A stretch of DNA of 12,789 nucleotides, taken from contig JBDLKA010000094.1 in assembly GCA_039714075.1 (NCBI GenBank), positions 1-12,789 on the forward strand. The letters run 5' to 3'. The first letter of the stretch is position 1. Every line of letters begins with the position of its first letter. The notes under the pieces were generated by a model, which was not told the DNA's origin, did no database searches, and worked only from the letters and a program-made list of their open reading frames with translations. The position numbers and the translations under genes were made by a program. This document shows positions 1 to 7,434 of the stretch, piece by piece. The DNA is from Candidatus Krumholzibacteriota bacterium. GTDB lineage: Bacteria; Krumholzibacteriota; Krumholzibacteriia; LZORAL124-64-63.

Positions 1-101
1 GCGCTCAGGGTCGGCTGCGTGACGTGGCAGGCCGCGGCGGCCCGCCCGAAATGGAGGTGGTCCGCCACCGCGACAAGGTATTTCAGTTCCTGGAGGGTCA
101 T
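1..101 (-). CDS. oxyR: LysR-family regulator, OxyR-like (5' part only; runs off the window start)
   Basis: Not in the ORF track. Reverse complement from ATG at 101 reads [33 protein letters not shown], a LysR HTH with the OxyR-type HFGRAA..CHV.QPTLS signature. Divergent from dps, with an OxyR box between them. Confidence 0.88.
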   Translation of the reverse strand, partial: MTLQELKYLVAVADHLHFGRAAAACHVTQPTLS

Positions 102-108
102 GGATGTA

Positions 109-147
109 TGATAGAGAAATTCTATCAACAAAGCAATAATAATCGAT
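109..147. promoter_or_regulatory. OxyR binding site
   Basis: Dyad TGATAG-agaaatt-CTATCA (109-127) gives a perfect ATAG-N7-CTAT, continuing N7-GCAA-N7-CGAT (133-147). This approximates the four-element ATAG-N7-CTAT-N7-ATAG-N7-CTAT OxyR consensus, in an AT-rich divergent spacer. Confidence 0.8.
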
Positions 148-176
148 TAGATCAATTAATCATTCGATTCTATCTT
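148..176 (+). promoter_or_regulatory. Candidate sigma-70-type dps promoter
   Basis: Weak -35 TAGATC (148-153), 17-nt spacer, -10 TATCTT (171-176). The -35 abuts the OxyR site, as expected for OxyR activation. Confidence 0.45.
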
Positions 177-228
177 GTTCCCGTTGACACGATGATTCGA
201 CAACGGACCCCGACCCGAAGGAGACGCC

Positions 229-690
229 ATGAGCCACTTCATGCAGAACGACCGGAACCGGGACATCGCCCGGAGCGCCGCGATCCTTCTCGCGGACAGC
301 TACGCTTTGTACCTGAAGACCCACAACTATCACTGGAACGTGACCGGACCGATGTTCAACACACTGCACACCATGTTCCAGGCCCAGTACGAGGAGCTGG
401 CCCTGGCCGTGGACGATGTGGCCGAGCGCATCCGGACCCTCGGTTCCTACGCTCCCGGCTCGTTCCGGGAATTCGGTGAATTGTCCAGCCTCGCGGACGC
501 CGTCGAAAACACTTCCGCGGTGGAGATGATCAAACAGCTGGCCGCCGACCAGTTGCTGGTCGCCGAATCGGCCCGGAAACTGGGCGAGGTGGCAGATTCC
601 GCGGGCGACGACGTGACGGTGGACCTGGCCATCCGCCGGCAGGACGTTCACCAGAAGAATGCGTGGATGCTCCACAGCCACCTGGATTGA
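229..690 (+). CDS. dps: Dps family ferritin-like DNA protection protein (153 aa)
   Basis: Motifs KTHNYHWNVTGPMF..LH.MF..QYEEL...VDDVAERIRTLG and HQKNAWML; ferroxidase His/His/Asp/Glu present. SD AAGGAG at 218-223. Confidence 0.96.
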   Translation: MSHFMQNDRNRDIARSAAILLADSYALYLKTHNYHWNVTGPMFNTLHTMFQAQYEELALAVDDVAERIRTLGSYAPGSFREFGELSSLADAVENTSAVEMIKQLAADQLLVAESARKLGEVADSAGDDVTVDLAIRRQDVHQKNAWMLHSHLD

Positions 691-698
691 CCCGGTCG

Positions 699-730
699 GG
701 GATCCCGCCCCGGGCCGGGCGGGGTCCCTT
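699..730 (+). terminator. GC-rich hairpin after dps (terminator or 3' stabiliser)
   Basis: GGGATCCCGCCC (699-710) pairs with GGGCGGGGTCCC (717-728): 12 bp including one G:U, 6-nt loop. Only TT follows, so the U-tract is weak. Confidence 0.55.
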
Positions 731-857
731 CAGATGTCTGGCCAACACCCCCCGGTTGGTGTAGACTCAACTCCAGCAACAAGAAGCACCGGTCTCGTTG
801 CTGTAATGGCCTGGCGAGGGGGAACTCATCGGTATCTCCAGGCAAACGCAATATCGC

Positions 858-3239
858 ATGGTCGCATTCCTGGCCCTTGGCCTGGGACTGTGGGCGTTTG
901 TCTTCCAGGCCCGGCTTTCCGTCCTTTCCCCGGAACTGGATCTTTCCGAAGTAGCCTGGCCCGCCCGGATCGAAGGCGTGGAGGTGGGGTCCGAGGATCA
1001 GGCCCGGTTCCAGGTCGAAGGTTTTGCCGTCGGCACGGAAGTCACGTTCGAGATTCCGGAGTCGGCGCCGGGATCGCGGCCGGGAACCGTTGCGCTGGAG
1101 GCCGCCCACAGCCGTCCCTATCTGCTGGTCACCCTGATCAGCGGCCTGTTCTTCTGGTCGGTGGGGGCCATGGTGTTCGCCCCCCGTGTCGATCAGCCGG
1201 CCGTGCCCCTCTTCTTCTGGATCTCGATCCTGTACGGCACCGGGGTTCTGGTCGGCGGGGTTTACGGACAATCCGCGCCCCTGGGGATATCCCTGCTCCG
1301 GCCCCTGATGCAGCTGACCAGTCTGGCGTTCCTGCCGGCCGCCTTTCTCCATCTGAGCCTGGCCTTCCCCGCGGACACCCCCTTGCTGACCAGGCGGCCC
1401 TGGCTGCCGTTGGTTCCCTATCTGCTGGCGGCCTTTGCGGTCGTCTGGCAGTCGGCGGTTTTTCTGGACTACTTCCGCCATCCGGGTCCGGAGGCCTGGT
1501 CGGGATTGAAGGCGCCCCAGGTTTTGGCCGATGGCTTGATGGTCCTGCAGGTCGTGGCCGGTTTTTCGGTGTTTGTCACGCGGGCCGGCCGGCTGGTCGA
1601 GGCCCGGCAGCGGCAGCAGGTCCGCTGGCTGATCCTCGGTTTCGTGGTGGGCTCTGCGCCCTATGTCTTTCTGCGCACCCTGCCCAACCTGTTCGGCGCG
1701 CCCGCGCTGTTCCCCGCCTATTTCGACCGCATCCTGGAACTGGCGGTGCCGACGGGATTCATTTTCGCGGTGGTGCGCTATCGTTTCCTGAACATCGACA
1801 TCATCCTACGCCGCGGGTTGATCTACGGCTTCCTGGCGGCGGGTCTGGTGGTCGTGGTCGTGCTGCCGGTGCTGTTGCTGGGGCCGGACTGGACGGATCC
1901 CTGGCCCGGGTGGTGGCGCGTCATCGTCATATCGTGCGGGCTGGTGGCGGGTATTCTATTCCGACCCCTGCACGGGATCATCGGCCGCGGGGTGGACCGG
2001 GCGTTTTTCAAGATCGAGCGGGAGATGGAAAATGCGTCGCGCGCGCTGCAGGCCGGCCTCGACGGGGCCGACGACCCCCGGGAACTTGCCGAACGCCTTC
2101 AATCCGGTCTCAGGGAATTCCTGCATCTCGACCACTGCGGCGTGGTGGTTGCCGACGGCCCCGAATTCACCGCCGTGGGCGACGGGAACCTGGAGGCGGC
2201 CGCACAATGGTGGGCCCGGGAATCCGCCGACGGGGCGGCGGATTTGTCCCTGCAGGGCCGGACCGACATATGGGCCGAGACGGGTTTCCCCCGGGCCTCG
2301 CTCCCCGATCCCATGGCCGAAGCCGGCTTCGTGGCGGTCCATGCGTTGACCGCGGGAGAAAAAGTCCTCGGAGCGATATTCCTGGGCCCGAAAAAAACCG
2401 GCCGGCTGTTCATCCCCAGCGATCACGAGTTCCTGTTGCGTGCGGCCGAAGCGGCGGGCCGCCGTCTGGATCAGATCCATCTGGCCCGCACCGCGGCCGG
2501 CGAACGAATGAAAAGACGCCAGCTGGATGAGCTGTCACGTCTGAAGGACGATTTCCTGTCCCGGGTGGCCCACGATCTCAGGACGCCGGTGACGTCCCTG
2601 GGCTGGTCGATCCGCAATCTGAACGACGGGCTGGCGGGCGAACTGAACGAAAAGCAGAAGGAATACCTTTCCTCCATCAGGGACGCGGTGGACCACCTGG
2701 CGGGTCTGGTGACCAATCTTTTGGAAATCAGCCGGCTGGAAAAATCCCGCGTGGAAGTGGCCTGCGAACTCCAGGATCTCCAACGGGCCGTCCAGCGGGC
2801 GGCCGGCACGGTGGATCCTTTGGCCGAAGCCAAGGGTGTGAAATTGGAAACGACAATCACCGGAACGGTCACGGCGCTGGTAGATGAAGACAAATTGACC
2901 GAAGTTCTGGTTAATCTCCTGGAGAACGCGGTCAGGTTCTCACCATCCGGGGGCGAGGTCACCCTGAAGGTCGAATCCCCGGATCAGGACACCGCCCGGA
3001 TTACCATTCGCGACCAGGGGCAGGGCCTCGGCGGTCTGGCCGATCCCTTCGACCGCTTCGTCCAGGGTGAGCCGAGCCCGGACGGTTCCCGGGGCGGTTA
3101 TGGGTTGGGCCTGACGATCGCAAGGGAATACGTAGAGTTGATGGGCGGGGAAATCACCGGCGGAGATCACCCCGACGGGGGCGCTGTTTTTTCCATCGAT
3201 CTGGAACGAATCGAAAAATCCATGGGGGACCGATCATGA
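858..3239 (+). CDS. Multi-pass membrane sensor histidine kinase (TM region, GAF-like, HisKA, HATPase_c)
   Basis: About 8-9 hydrophobic segments in the N-terminal half; GAF-like segment (VLGAIFLGPKKTGRLF..SDHEFL); H-box FLSRVAHDLRTP; N-box LVNLLENAVRFS; G1 IRDQGQG; G2 GYGLGLTI. Start uncertain (see findings). Confidence 0.93.
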   Translation: MVAFLALGLGLWAFVFQARLSVLSPELDLSEVAWPARIEGVEVGSEDQARFQVEGFAVGTEVTFEIPESAPGSRPGTVALEAAHSRPYLLVTLISGLFFWSVGAMVFAPRVDQPAVPLFFWISILYGTGVLVGGVYGQSAPLGISLLRPLMQLTSLAFLPAAFLHLSLAFPADTPLLTRRPWLPLVPYLLAAFAVVWQSAVFLDYFRHPGPEAWSGLKAPQVLADGLMVLQVVAGFSVFVTRAGRLVEARQRQQVRWLILGFVVGSAPYVFLRTLPNLFGAPALFPAYFDRILELAVPTGFIFAVVRYRFLNIDIILRRGLIYGFLAAGLVVVVVLPVLLLGPDWTDPWPGWWRVIVISCGLVAGILFRPLHGIIGRGVDRAFFKIEREMENASRALQAGLDGADDPRELAERLQSGLREFLHLDHCGVVVADGPEFTAVGDGNLEAAAQWWARESADGAADLSLQGRTDIWAETGFPRASLPDPMAEAGFVAVHALTAGEKVLGAIFLGPKKTGRLFIPSDHEFLLRAAEAAGRRLDQIHLARTAAGERMKRRQLDELSRLKDDFLSRVAHDLRTPVTSLGWSIRNLNDGLAGELNEKQKEYLSSIRDAVDHLAGLVTNLLEISRLEKSRVEVACELQDLQRAVQRAAGTVDPLAEAKGVKLETTITGTVTALVDEDKLTEVLVNLLENAVRFSPSGGEVTLKVESPDQDTARITIRDQGQGLGGLADPFDRFVQGEPSPDGSRGGYGLGLTIAREYVELMGGEITGGDHPDGGAVFSIDLERIEKSMGDRS

Positions 3240-4609
3240 TGGAACTGAAGGCCAAGGTGTTGATCGTCGACGACGACCAGGGGTTGCGGCGGGCCCTCAA
3301 GGATCGGTTCGAGTTCTGGGGCTGCCAGGTTTCCACCGCGGCCGAGGGTACCGAAGCGGTGGCCGCGGCGGCCCAGTGCGCCTTCGATCTGATCCTGCTG
3401 GACCTGTCGATGCCCGTCATGGACGGCTTCCAGGTCCTGGCGAAACTCAAGGCCGACGGGCATCCCGCCGACATCGTCGTGCTGTCGGCCCACGGGTCGG
3501 TGGACAAGGTCGTCCAGGCTTTGCAGGACGGCGCCGACGATTTCCTGACCAAACCCGCGGATTTCGATCTCCTGGAACAGGTGGTCCAGAAGGCCGTCGA
3601 GCGGCGGAAGGTGCGGCTGTCCCTCGAAGCGCTGGAGGAAAGATCCGGCGTTCAGGTCCTGGCCGCCGCGCCGGCCATGAAGGACGTCCTGGCCACCGCC
3701 GACAAAGTTGCCGCCGCGGACACCACGGTCATCATCAGCGGGGAAAGCGGCTGCGGCAAACAGGTCGTCGCCGAATACATCCATTCACGCAGCAAGCGCA
3801 GCGACGGCCCCTTCGTCTACGTCAACTGCGTGGCCATTTCCAACGATCTGATCGAGTCCACCCTGTTCGGCCACGAACGCGGCGCCTTCACCGGGGCCCA
3901 GAACCGGAAACCGGGCCGCCTGGAGGCCGCGGCGGGAGGGACCGCGTTTTTGGATGAGATCGGCGACATCAGTTCCGATCTGCAGACCAAGCTGCTGCAT
4001 TTCCTCGAGGCCGGGGAGTTCGAAAGGGTGGGCGGCAACCAGACCGTCAGTGTGGACTGCAGGATCCTGTCGGCCACCAACAAGGACCTGGCCGCCGAAG
4101 TGGCCGCCGGCCGGTTCCGCGAGGATTTGTACTACCGCCTGAACGTCATCAACCTGAGGGTGCCGCCGTTGCGCGAACGGCCGGAGGATGTGCAACTGCT
4201 GGGCGAGTCGTTCCTGACCCGCTTCGCTTCCGAGATGAAGTGCGGGCCCCGGCGTCTGGGTCCGCGCACCATCCAGATCATGCAGGAATACGCCTGGCCC
4301 GGCAATGTGCGCCAGCTGAAAAACGCCATGGAGCGCATGGTCGTCCTGGCCGTCGACGAAGTGCTGACGCCCGACCTGCTGCCGCCCGAGGTTCTGGCCA
4401 ACCAGGATGTCGCCGCCGGCGGGCGGGACGGCGCGGATATCCCCACGGACCAGACCTACCGGGATGCGGTGGCGGACTTCAAGCGCCTGTTGATCGGCCA
4501 GGTGCTGGACCAGTGCGGGGGCAACCAGACCAAGGCCGCCGAACGGTTGGGTCTGCAGCGCAGTTATCTGAACCGTATGATCAAGGATCTGGACCTGCGC
4601 TCGTCCTGA
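3236..4609 (+). CDS. Sigma-54-dependent response regulator (NtrC/AtoC family: REC, AAA+, Fis-type HTH)
   Basis: REC motifs VLIVDDD, LLDLSMP, FLTKP; Walker A GESGCGK; intact GAFTGA; Walker B FLDEIG; FREDLYYRLNV; WPGNVR; HTH GGNQTKAAERLGL.RSYL. ATGA overlap with the kinase. Confidence 0.96.
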   Translation: MMELKAKVLIVDDDQGLRRALKDRFEFWGCQVSTAAEGTEAVAAAAQCAFDLILLDLSMPVMDGFQVLAKLKADGHPADIVVLSAHGSVDKVVQALQDGADDFLTKPADFDLLEQVVQKAVERRKVRLSLEALEERSGVQVLAAAPAMKDVLATADKVAAADTTVIISGESGCGKQVVAEYIHSRSKRSDGPFVYVNCVAISNDLIESTLFGHERGAFTGAQNRKPGRLEAAAGGTAFLDEIGDISSDLQTKLLHFLEAGEFERVGGNQTVSVDCRILSATNKDLAAEVAAGRFREDLYYRLNVINLRVPPLRERPEDVQLLGESFLTRFASEMKCGPRRLGPRTIQIMQEYAWPGNVRQLKNAMERMVVLAVDEVLTPDLLPPEVLANQDVAAGGRDGADIPTDQTYRDAVADFKRLLIGQVLDQCGGNQTKAAERLGLQRSYLNRMIKDLDLRSS

Positions 4610-4702
4610 CGCCCTTCCTGTGCTCGCAATGGCACTTGATAGTGCTTGGTAACAGACAAATCCGGGACCCCCTTTGGGATCCGACTTTTCCTGTCGAACT
4701 TC

Positions 4703-4715
4703 CAAGTAATTAATT
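4703..4715 (-). promoter_or_regulatory. Candidate IHF site
   Basis: Minus strand AATTAATTACTTG matches WATCAANNNNTTR with one mismatch, at about -63 to -51 relative to the predicted sigma-54 start at ~4766. Confidence 0.55.
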
Positions 4716-4739
4716 TGCAACATCTTGACTGATCCGTAC

Positions 4740-4755
4740 TGGCCCGCCGTTTCCT
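4740..4755 (+). promoter_or_regulatory. Candidate sigma-54 -24/-12 promoter with variant -12
   Basis: TGGCCC-GCCGT-TTCCT: GG-N10 spacing is right but the -12 is TTCC rather than TTGC. It lies downstream of a sigma-54 activator gene and an IHF-like site. Confidence 0.5.
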
Positions 4756-4813
4756 GGCCCTTCCCTTGATGATATGGGGTGAACCCATCAATCGTGAAAG
4801 GAAGGAGGAAGTC

Positions 4814-5446
4814 ATGAAAACCCGCATTACGCTCATCATCATCGGGCTGGTCCTGATTTCCGGAATCATTCCGGCTGTGGCGAAGCAGATCGAGGTGCCG
4901 GTGGCCTTCGAGCGGCGCAACATGAGCGGTCCCCGTTTTGGAGTGACCTATGTCGCCGGGGATACGGAACTCTACCGGGAGCTCGCAAACCAGGACATCG
5001 GCCGTGTCGTCAGTCAGTTCGGCTGGCATTTTGAACGGCAGGTCATTCCCGAAGGCGACGGACCCCAGTTCGTCATCCAGTTCGTTCCCATGGTCGCGGC
5101 CGTGGAGTACGGCAAGTTCGTTCCCGGCGCCACCCTGGCCATGGGCATTCGCATGCCGCGCGGTTGGGAATTCGGCATGGGCCCGAACATCGTGGCGACC
5201 AGAAACGATGAAGACGCAACCAAGGCCCGGACTTCGTTGATTCTGGCTTTCGGAAAGAGCCTCAACTACGGCGGGGTGAGCATTCCCATCAACCTGGCCA
5301 TGTCCACCGAGCCCGACGGCAACCGATTCTCCCTGATTTTCGGATATGCCATCGGCAAGACGACCAAGACGGTTGAAGTCCCGGACGATGAACTCGAGGA
5401 ATTACACGGCAGCGTTTCGAATAATCAGTGGGACGGTCTGCGGTAG
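4814..5446 (+). CDS. Exported hypothetical protein, probable small outer-membrane beta-barrel (210 aa)
   Basis: Start moved from 4766 to ATG 4814, which follows strong SD AAGGAGG (4802-4808). Signal peptide MKTRITLIIIGLVLISGIIPAVA; amphipathic beta segments SGPRFGVTY, SQFGWHFE, ATLAMGIR, WEFGMGPN, SLILAFG, FSLIFGY. Confidence 0.75.
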   Translation: MKTRITLIIIGLVLISGIIPAVAKQIEVPVAFERRNMSGPRFGVTYVAGDTELYRELANQDIGRVVSQFGWHFERQVIPEGDGPQFVIQFVPMVAAVEYGKFVPGATLAMGIRMPRGWEFGMGPNIVATRNDEDATKARTSLILAFGKSLNYGGVSIPINLAMSTEPDGNRFSLIFGYAIGKTTKTVEVPDDELEELHGSVSNNQWDGLR

Positions 5447-5451
5447 AGACC

Positions 5452-7434
5452 TTAGAAGTCGACCGAAACGCCCCCTGAAAGAACGCGGCCCGGACCCGGC
5501 AGGCCCACCTGGTAGGCGACCAACTGGTCAAACAGATTGTCGAGCCTCAGGTGGGCCTCCGTACGGTTGCGGGAGCCGTCGATTCTCCAGCTCAGGCGCA
5601 GATTCCAAGTGACTCCGGCGGGCAGGCGTTTCAGGTCGCCGGTGGCGGCCGAGGCTCCGGAGGAATCGGCGCTCCAGCGGGGCCCGGTGACCACGGCTTC
5701 GACCAGGGCGCCGGGGCCGGTGGTTCGGCTCCAGTTCAAACCCAGGCGCGAGAGATAGTCGGGCCGGTCTTCGGCCGGCCTGTCGAAGGCGCCGTCCTCT
5801 TCAACGCGGGCCGACATCACCGTATGCTGCAGGTTGACGGTCAGATCGCCGGCCGCGTTCCAGTATCCGACCAGCTCGACGCCCGGCACCCGGATTTCGG
5901 AGCGGTTGACCCGCTGGAACTGCTTGTCCGGGCCGTCGAACTTCACCTTTTCGATGCCGTCGTGCAGATGGTTCAGGAAGACCGCGGCCTCAAGGCCCCA
6001 GGCGGGGTGGTCGGTGGCCGCCCCGATTTCGTAGAGGTCCTGCTGTTCGGGCTTGAGGCCGGGATTGGGCACGAACCGGCCCAGGGCGCCCGAATAGAGT
6101 TCCCGCAGCGAGGGAAAACGGCTGCGGCGCGAGGCCGCGGCGTAGATGCGCGACTGGTCACCCAGGCGTCGCAGCGCGCGCAGGTTCACCGCCGGGGCGT
6201 TGTCGGAATCATTGGCCGCCTTGTCGCCCGACTCGGGGGTGGCCGCGTGATCCCAGCCGAGGCCGGCCTGCAGAACCCAGCGGTCGCTCGGTTGCACTTC
6301 CCCCTGAACCACCAGGGAGGTCAGCCACTGGGCGTAGGCTTCCACCGGGCCGCCCACCAGCAGGCTTTCCCGATGATGGGTGTACCGCGCGACGGCCTGG
6401 GCGGTCACCTGGGCGCTTTCTCCCACCCAGCGGTCCAGTTGCACCTTCCCGTAGCCGGTGCGGTCCCAGTTCTTTTCGTAGTCCTGCCCGGCCTCCAGCG
6501 GTTGGTCCCAACCGTCCGGCCCGCGCGGGTCGATTTCCTGTTCGAAGAAGTCGGCCGAAAGGGCGGCTTTCAGATCCCACAGACCCTCACGGCCCAGAGG
6601 CAGGTCCAGCGAGGCACCCATCAGGCCGCGCTTGCGCACGGGATAGCGCCAGAATCGGGCGTCATCGCCCAGATGGAGTTCGGGGGGCACGCCTTTTTCC
6701 GCCGACCAACCGGTGGCCAGCAGATTCAATCTTCCGGTTCGAGCCACGGACCGGCTTCCGCGAAGCAAAAGGGAGTATTGGCTCAGGTCGCTGTTCTCGC
6801 GACGCTTTTCGCCGGTTGTGCTTTGGGCGTCCCCGGGCAGGGGCCAGGCGTCCCGGTCCTGCCAGCCGGCCGCGGCCAGCACGTCCCAGGAACCCAGCAG
6901 GTCCTGATGCTGGAGATCGGCCACGGTCAGACCGTACTGACCGAACCTGAGCCCCGCGCTGGTTCTTCGCGGGGGATGGTGCGGATCGGGCGGCAGAATC
7001 CGTGCGCTTCCGGCCAGCACACCGGGGCCGTCCAGCAGGGTGGTCATGCCGCGTGTGCCCTCGATCCGGCCGGCGCCCGTGATGGGAATCGTCTGCAGAT
7101 CGACCCGCTCGTCCCAAGGCAGATTCAGGGGGATGTCGTCCAGGAAGATCTGCACATGCCGCTCGGGCGCGCCGCGGATCATCAGGTGGCTGTCACCGCG
7201 GGAATTCGTGGCCACGCGGGCCGAGGGAATCAAACCGCCCAGGTCGGCCAGGGAACCGGGATCCTGCACCTTGATTGCCGGGGTGTCGATCTTGGTCTTG
7301 TCCGGCGAGGGCGCTTCGTCGGCCTGGCCGCTGACCACCATGTCGCCCAGGTCGGTGACCGTGGTGTCGATGGCCGCGGTTTCGGCGAAGGCCGCCGGGG
7401 CGGCCAGGATCATGAGGATGAAGGCCAAGCGCAT
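5452..7434 (-). CDS. TonB-dependent receptor (660 aa)
   Basis: Start at ATG 7434 giving signal peptide MRLAFILMILAAPAAFA; TonB box DLGDMVVSG; plug motifs IRG...VQIFLDDIPLN and RIEGTRG...GPG.LAG; barrel motifs R.PSLRELY and NPGLKPEQ; C-terminus LDNLFD...PGR...GVSVDF with terminal Phe. Confidence 0.93.
   Translation of the reverse strand: MRLAFILMILAAPAAFAETAAIDTTVTDLGDMVVSGQADEAPSPDKTKIDTPAIKVQDPGSLADLGGLIPSARVATNSRGDSHLMIRGAPERHVQIFLDDIPLNLPWDERVDLQTIPITGAGRIEGTRGMTTLLDGPGVLAGSARILPPDPHHPPRRTSAGLRFGQYGLTVADLQHQDLLGSWDVLAAAGWQDRDAWPLPGDAQSTTGEKRRENSDLSQYSLLLRGSRSVARTGRLNLLATGWSAEKGVPPELHLGDDARFWRYPVRKRGLMGASLDLPLGREGLWDLKAALSADFFEQEIDPRGPDGWDQPLEAGQDYEKNWDRTGYGKVQLDRWVGESAQVTAQAVARYTHHRESLLVGGPVEAYAQWLTSLVVQGEVQPSDRWVLQAGLGWDHAATPESGDKAANDSDNAPAVNLRALRRLGDQSRIYAAASRRSRFPSLRELYSGALGRFVPNPGLKPEQQDLYEIGAATDHPAWGLEAAVFLNHLHDGIEKVKFDGPDKQFQRVNRSEIRVPGVELVGYWNAAGDLTVNLQHTVMSARVEEDGAFDRPAEDRPDYLSRLGLNWSRTTGPGALVEAVVTGPRWSADSSGASAATGDLKRLPAGVTWNLRLSWRIDGSRNRTEAHLRLDNLFDQLVAYQVGLPGPGRVLSGGVSVDF

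Noticed and set aside
181..206. Inverted repeat CCGTTG/CAACGG in the dps leader
   Set aside because: Only 6 bp with a 14-nt loop; within chance expectation.
659..2530. 623-aa alternative-frame ORF over the kinase
   Set aside because: Arg/Gly/Pro-rich with no motifs; typical high-GC shadow frame of a well-supported gene.
858..4609. Naming the pair PrsK/PrsR or NtrB/NtrC
   Set aside because: Architecture is broadly similar, but the H-box is HDLRTP (PrsK-type is HDLKN as I recall), NtrB is soluble, and no PEP-CTERM, exosortase or nitrogen genes are present.
4630..4646. TGGCAC-TTGATAG-TGCT as a sigma-54 promoter
   Set aside because: GG-to-GC spacing is 11 nt rather than the required 10; kept only as a candidate operator dyad.
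3785..5029. 414-aa antisense ORF over the regulator and promoter region
   Set aside because: Antisense shadow of the regulator; no motifs.
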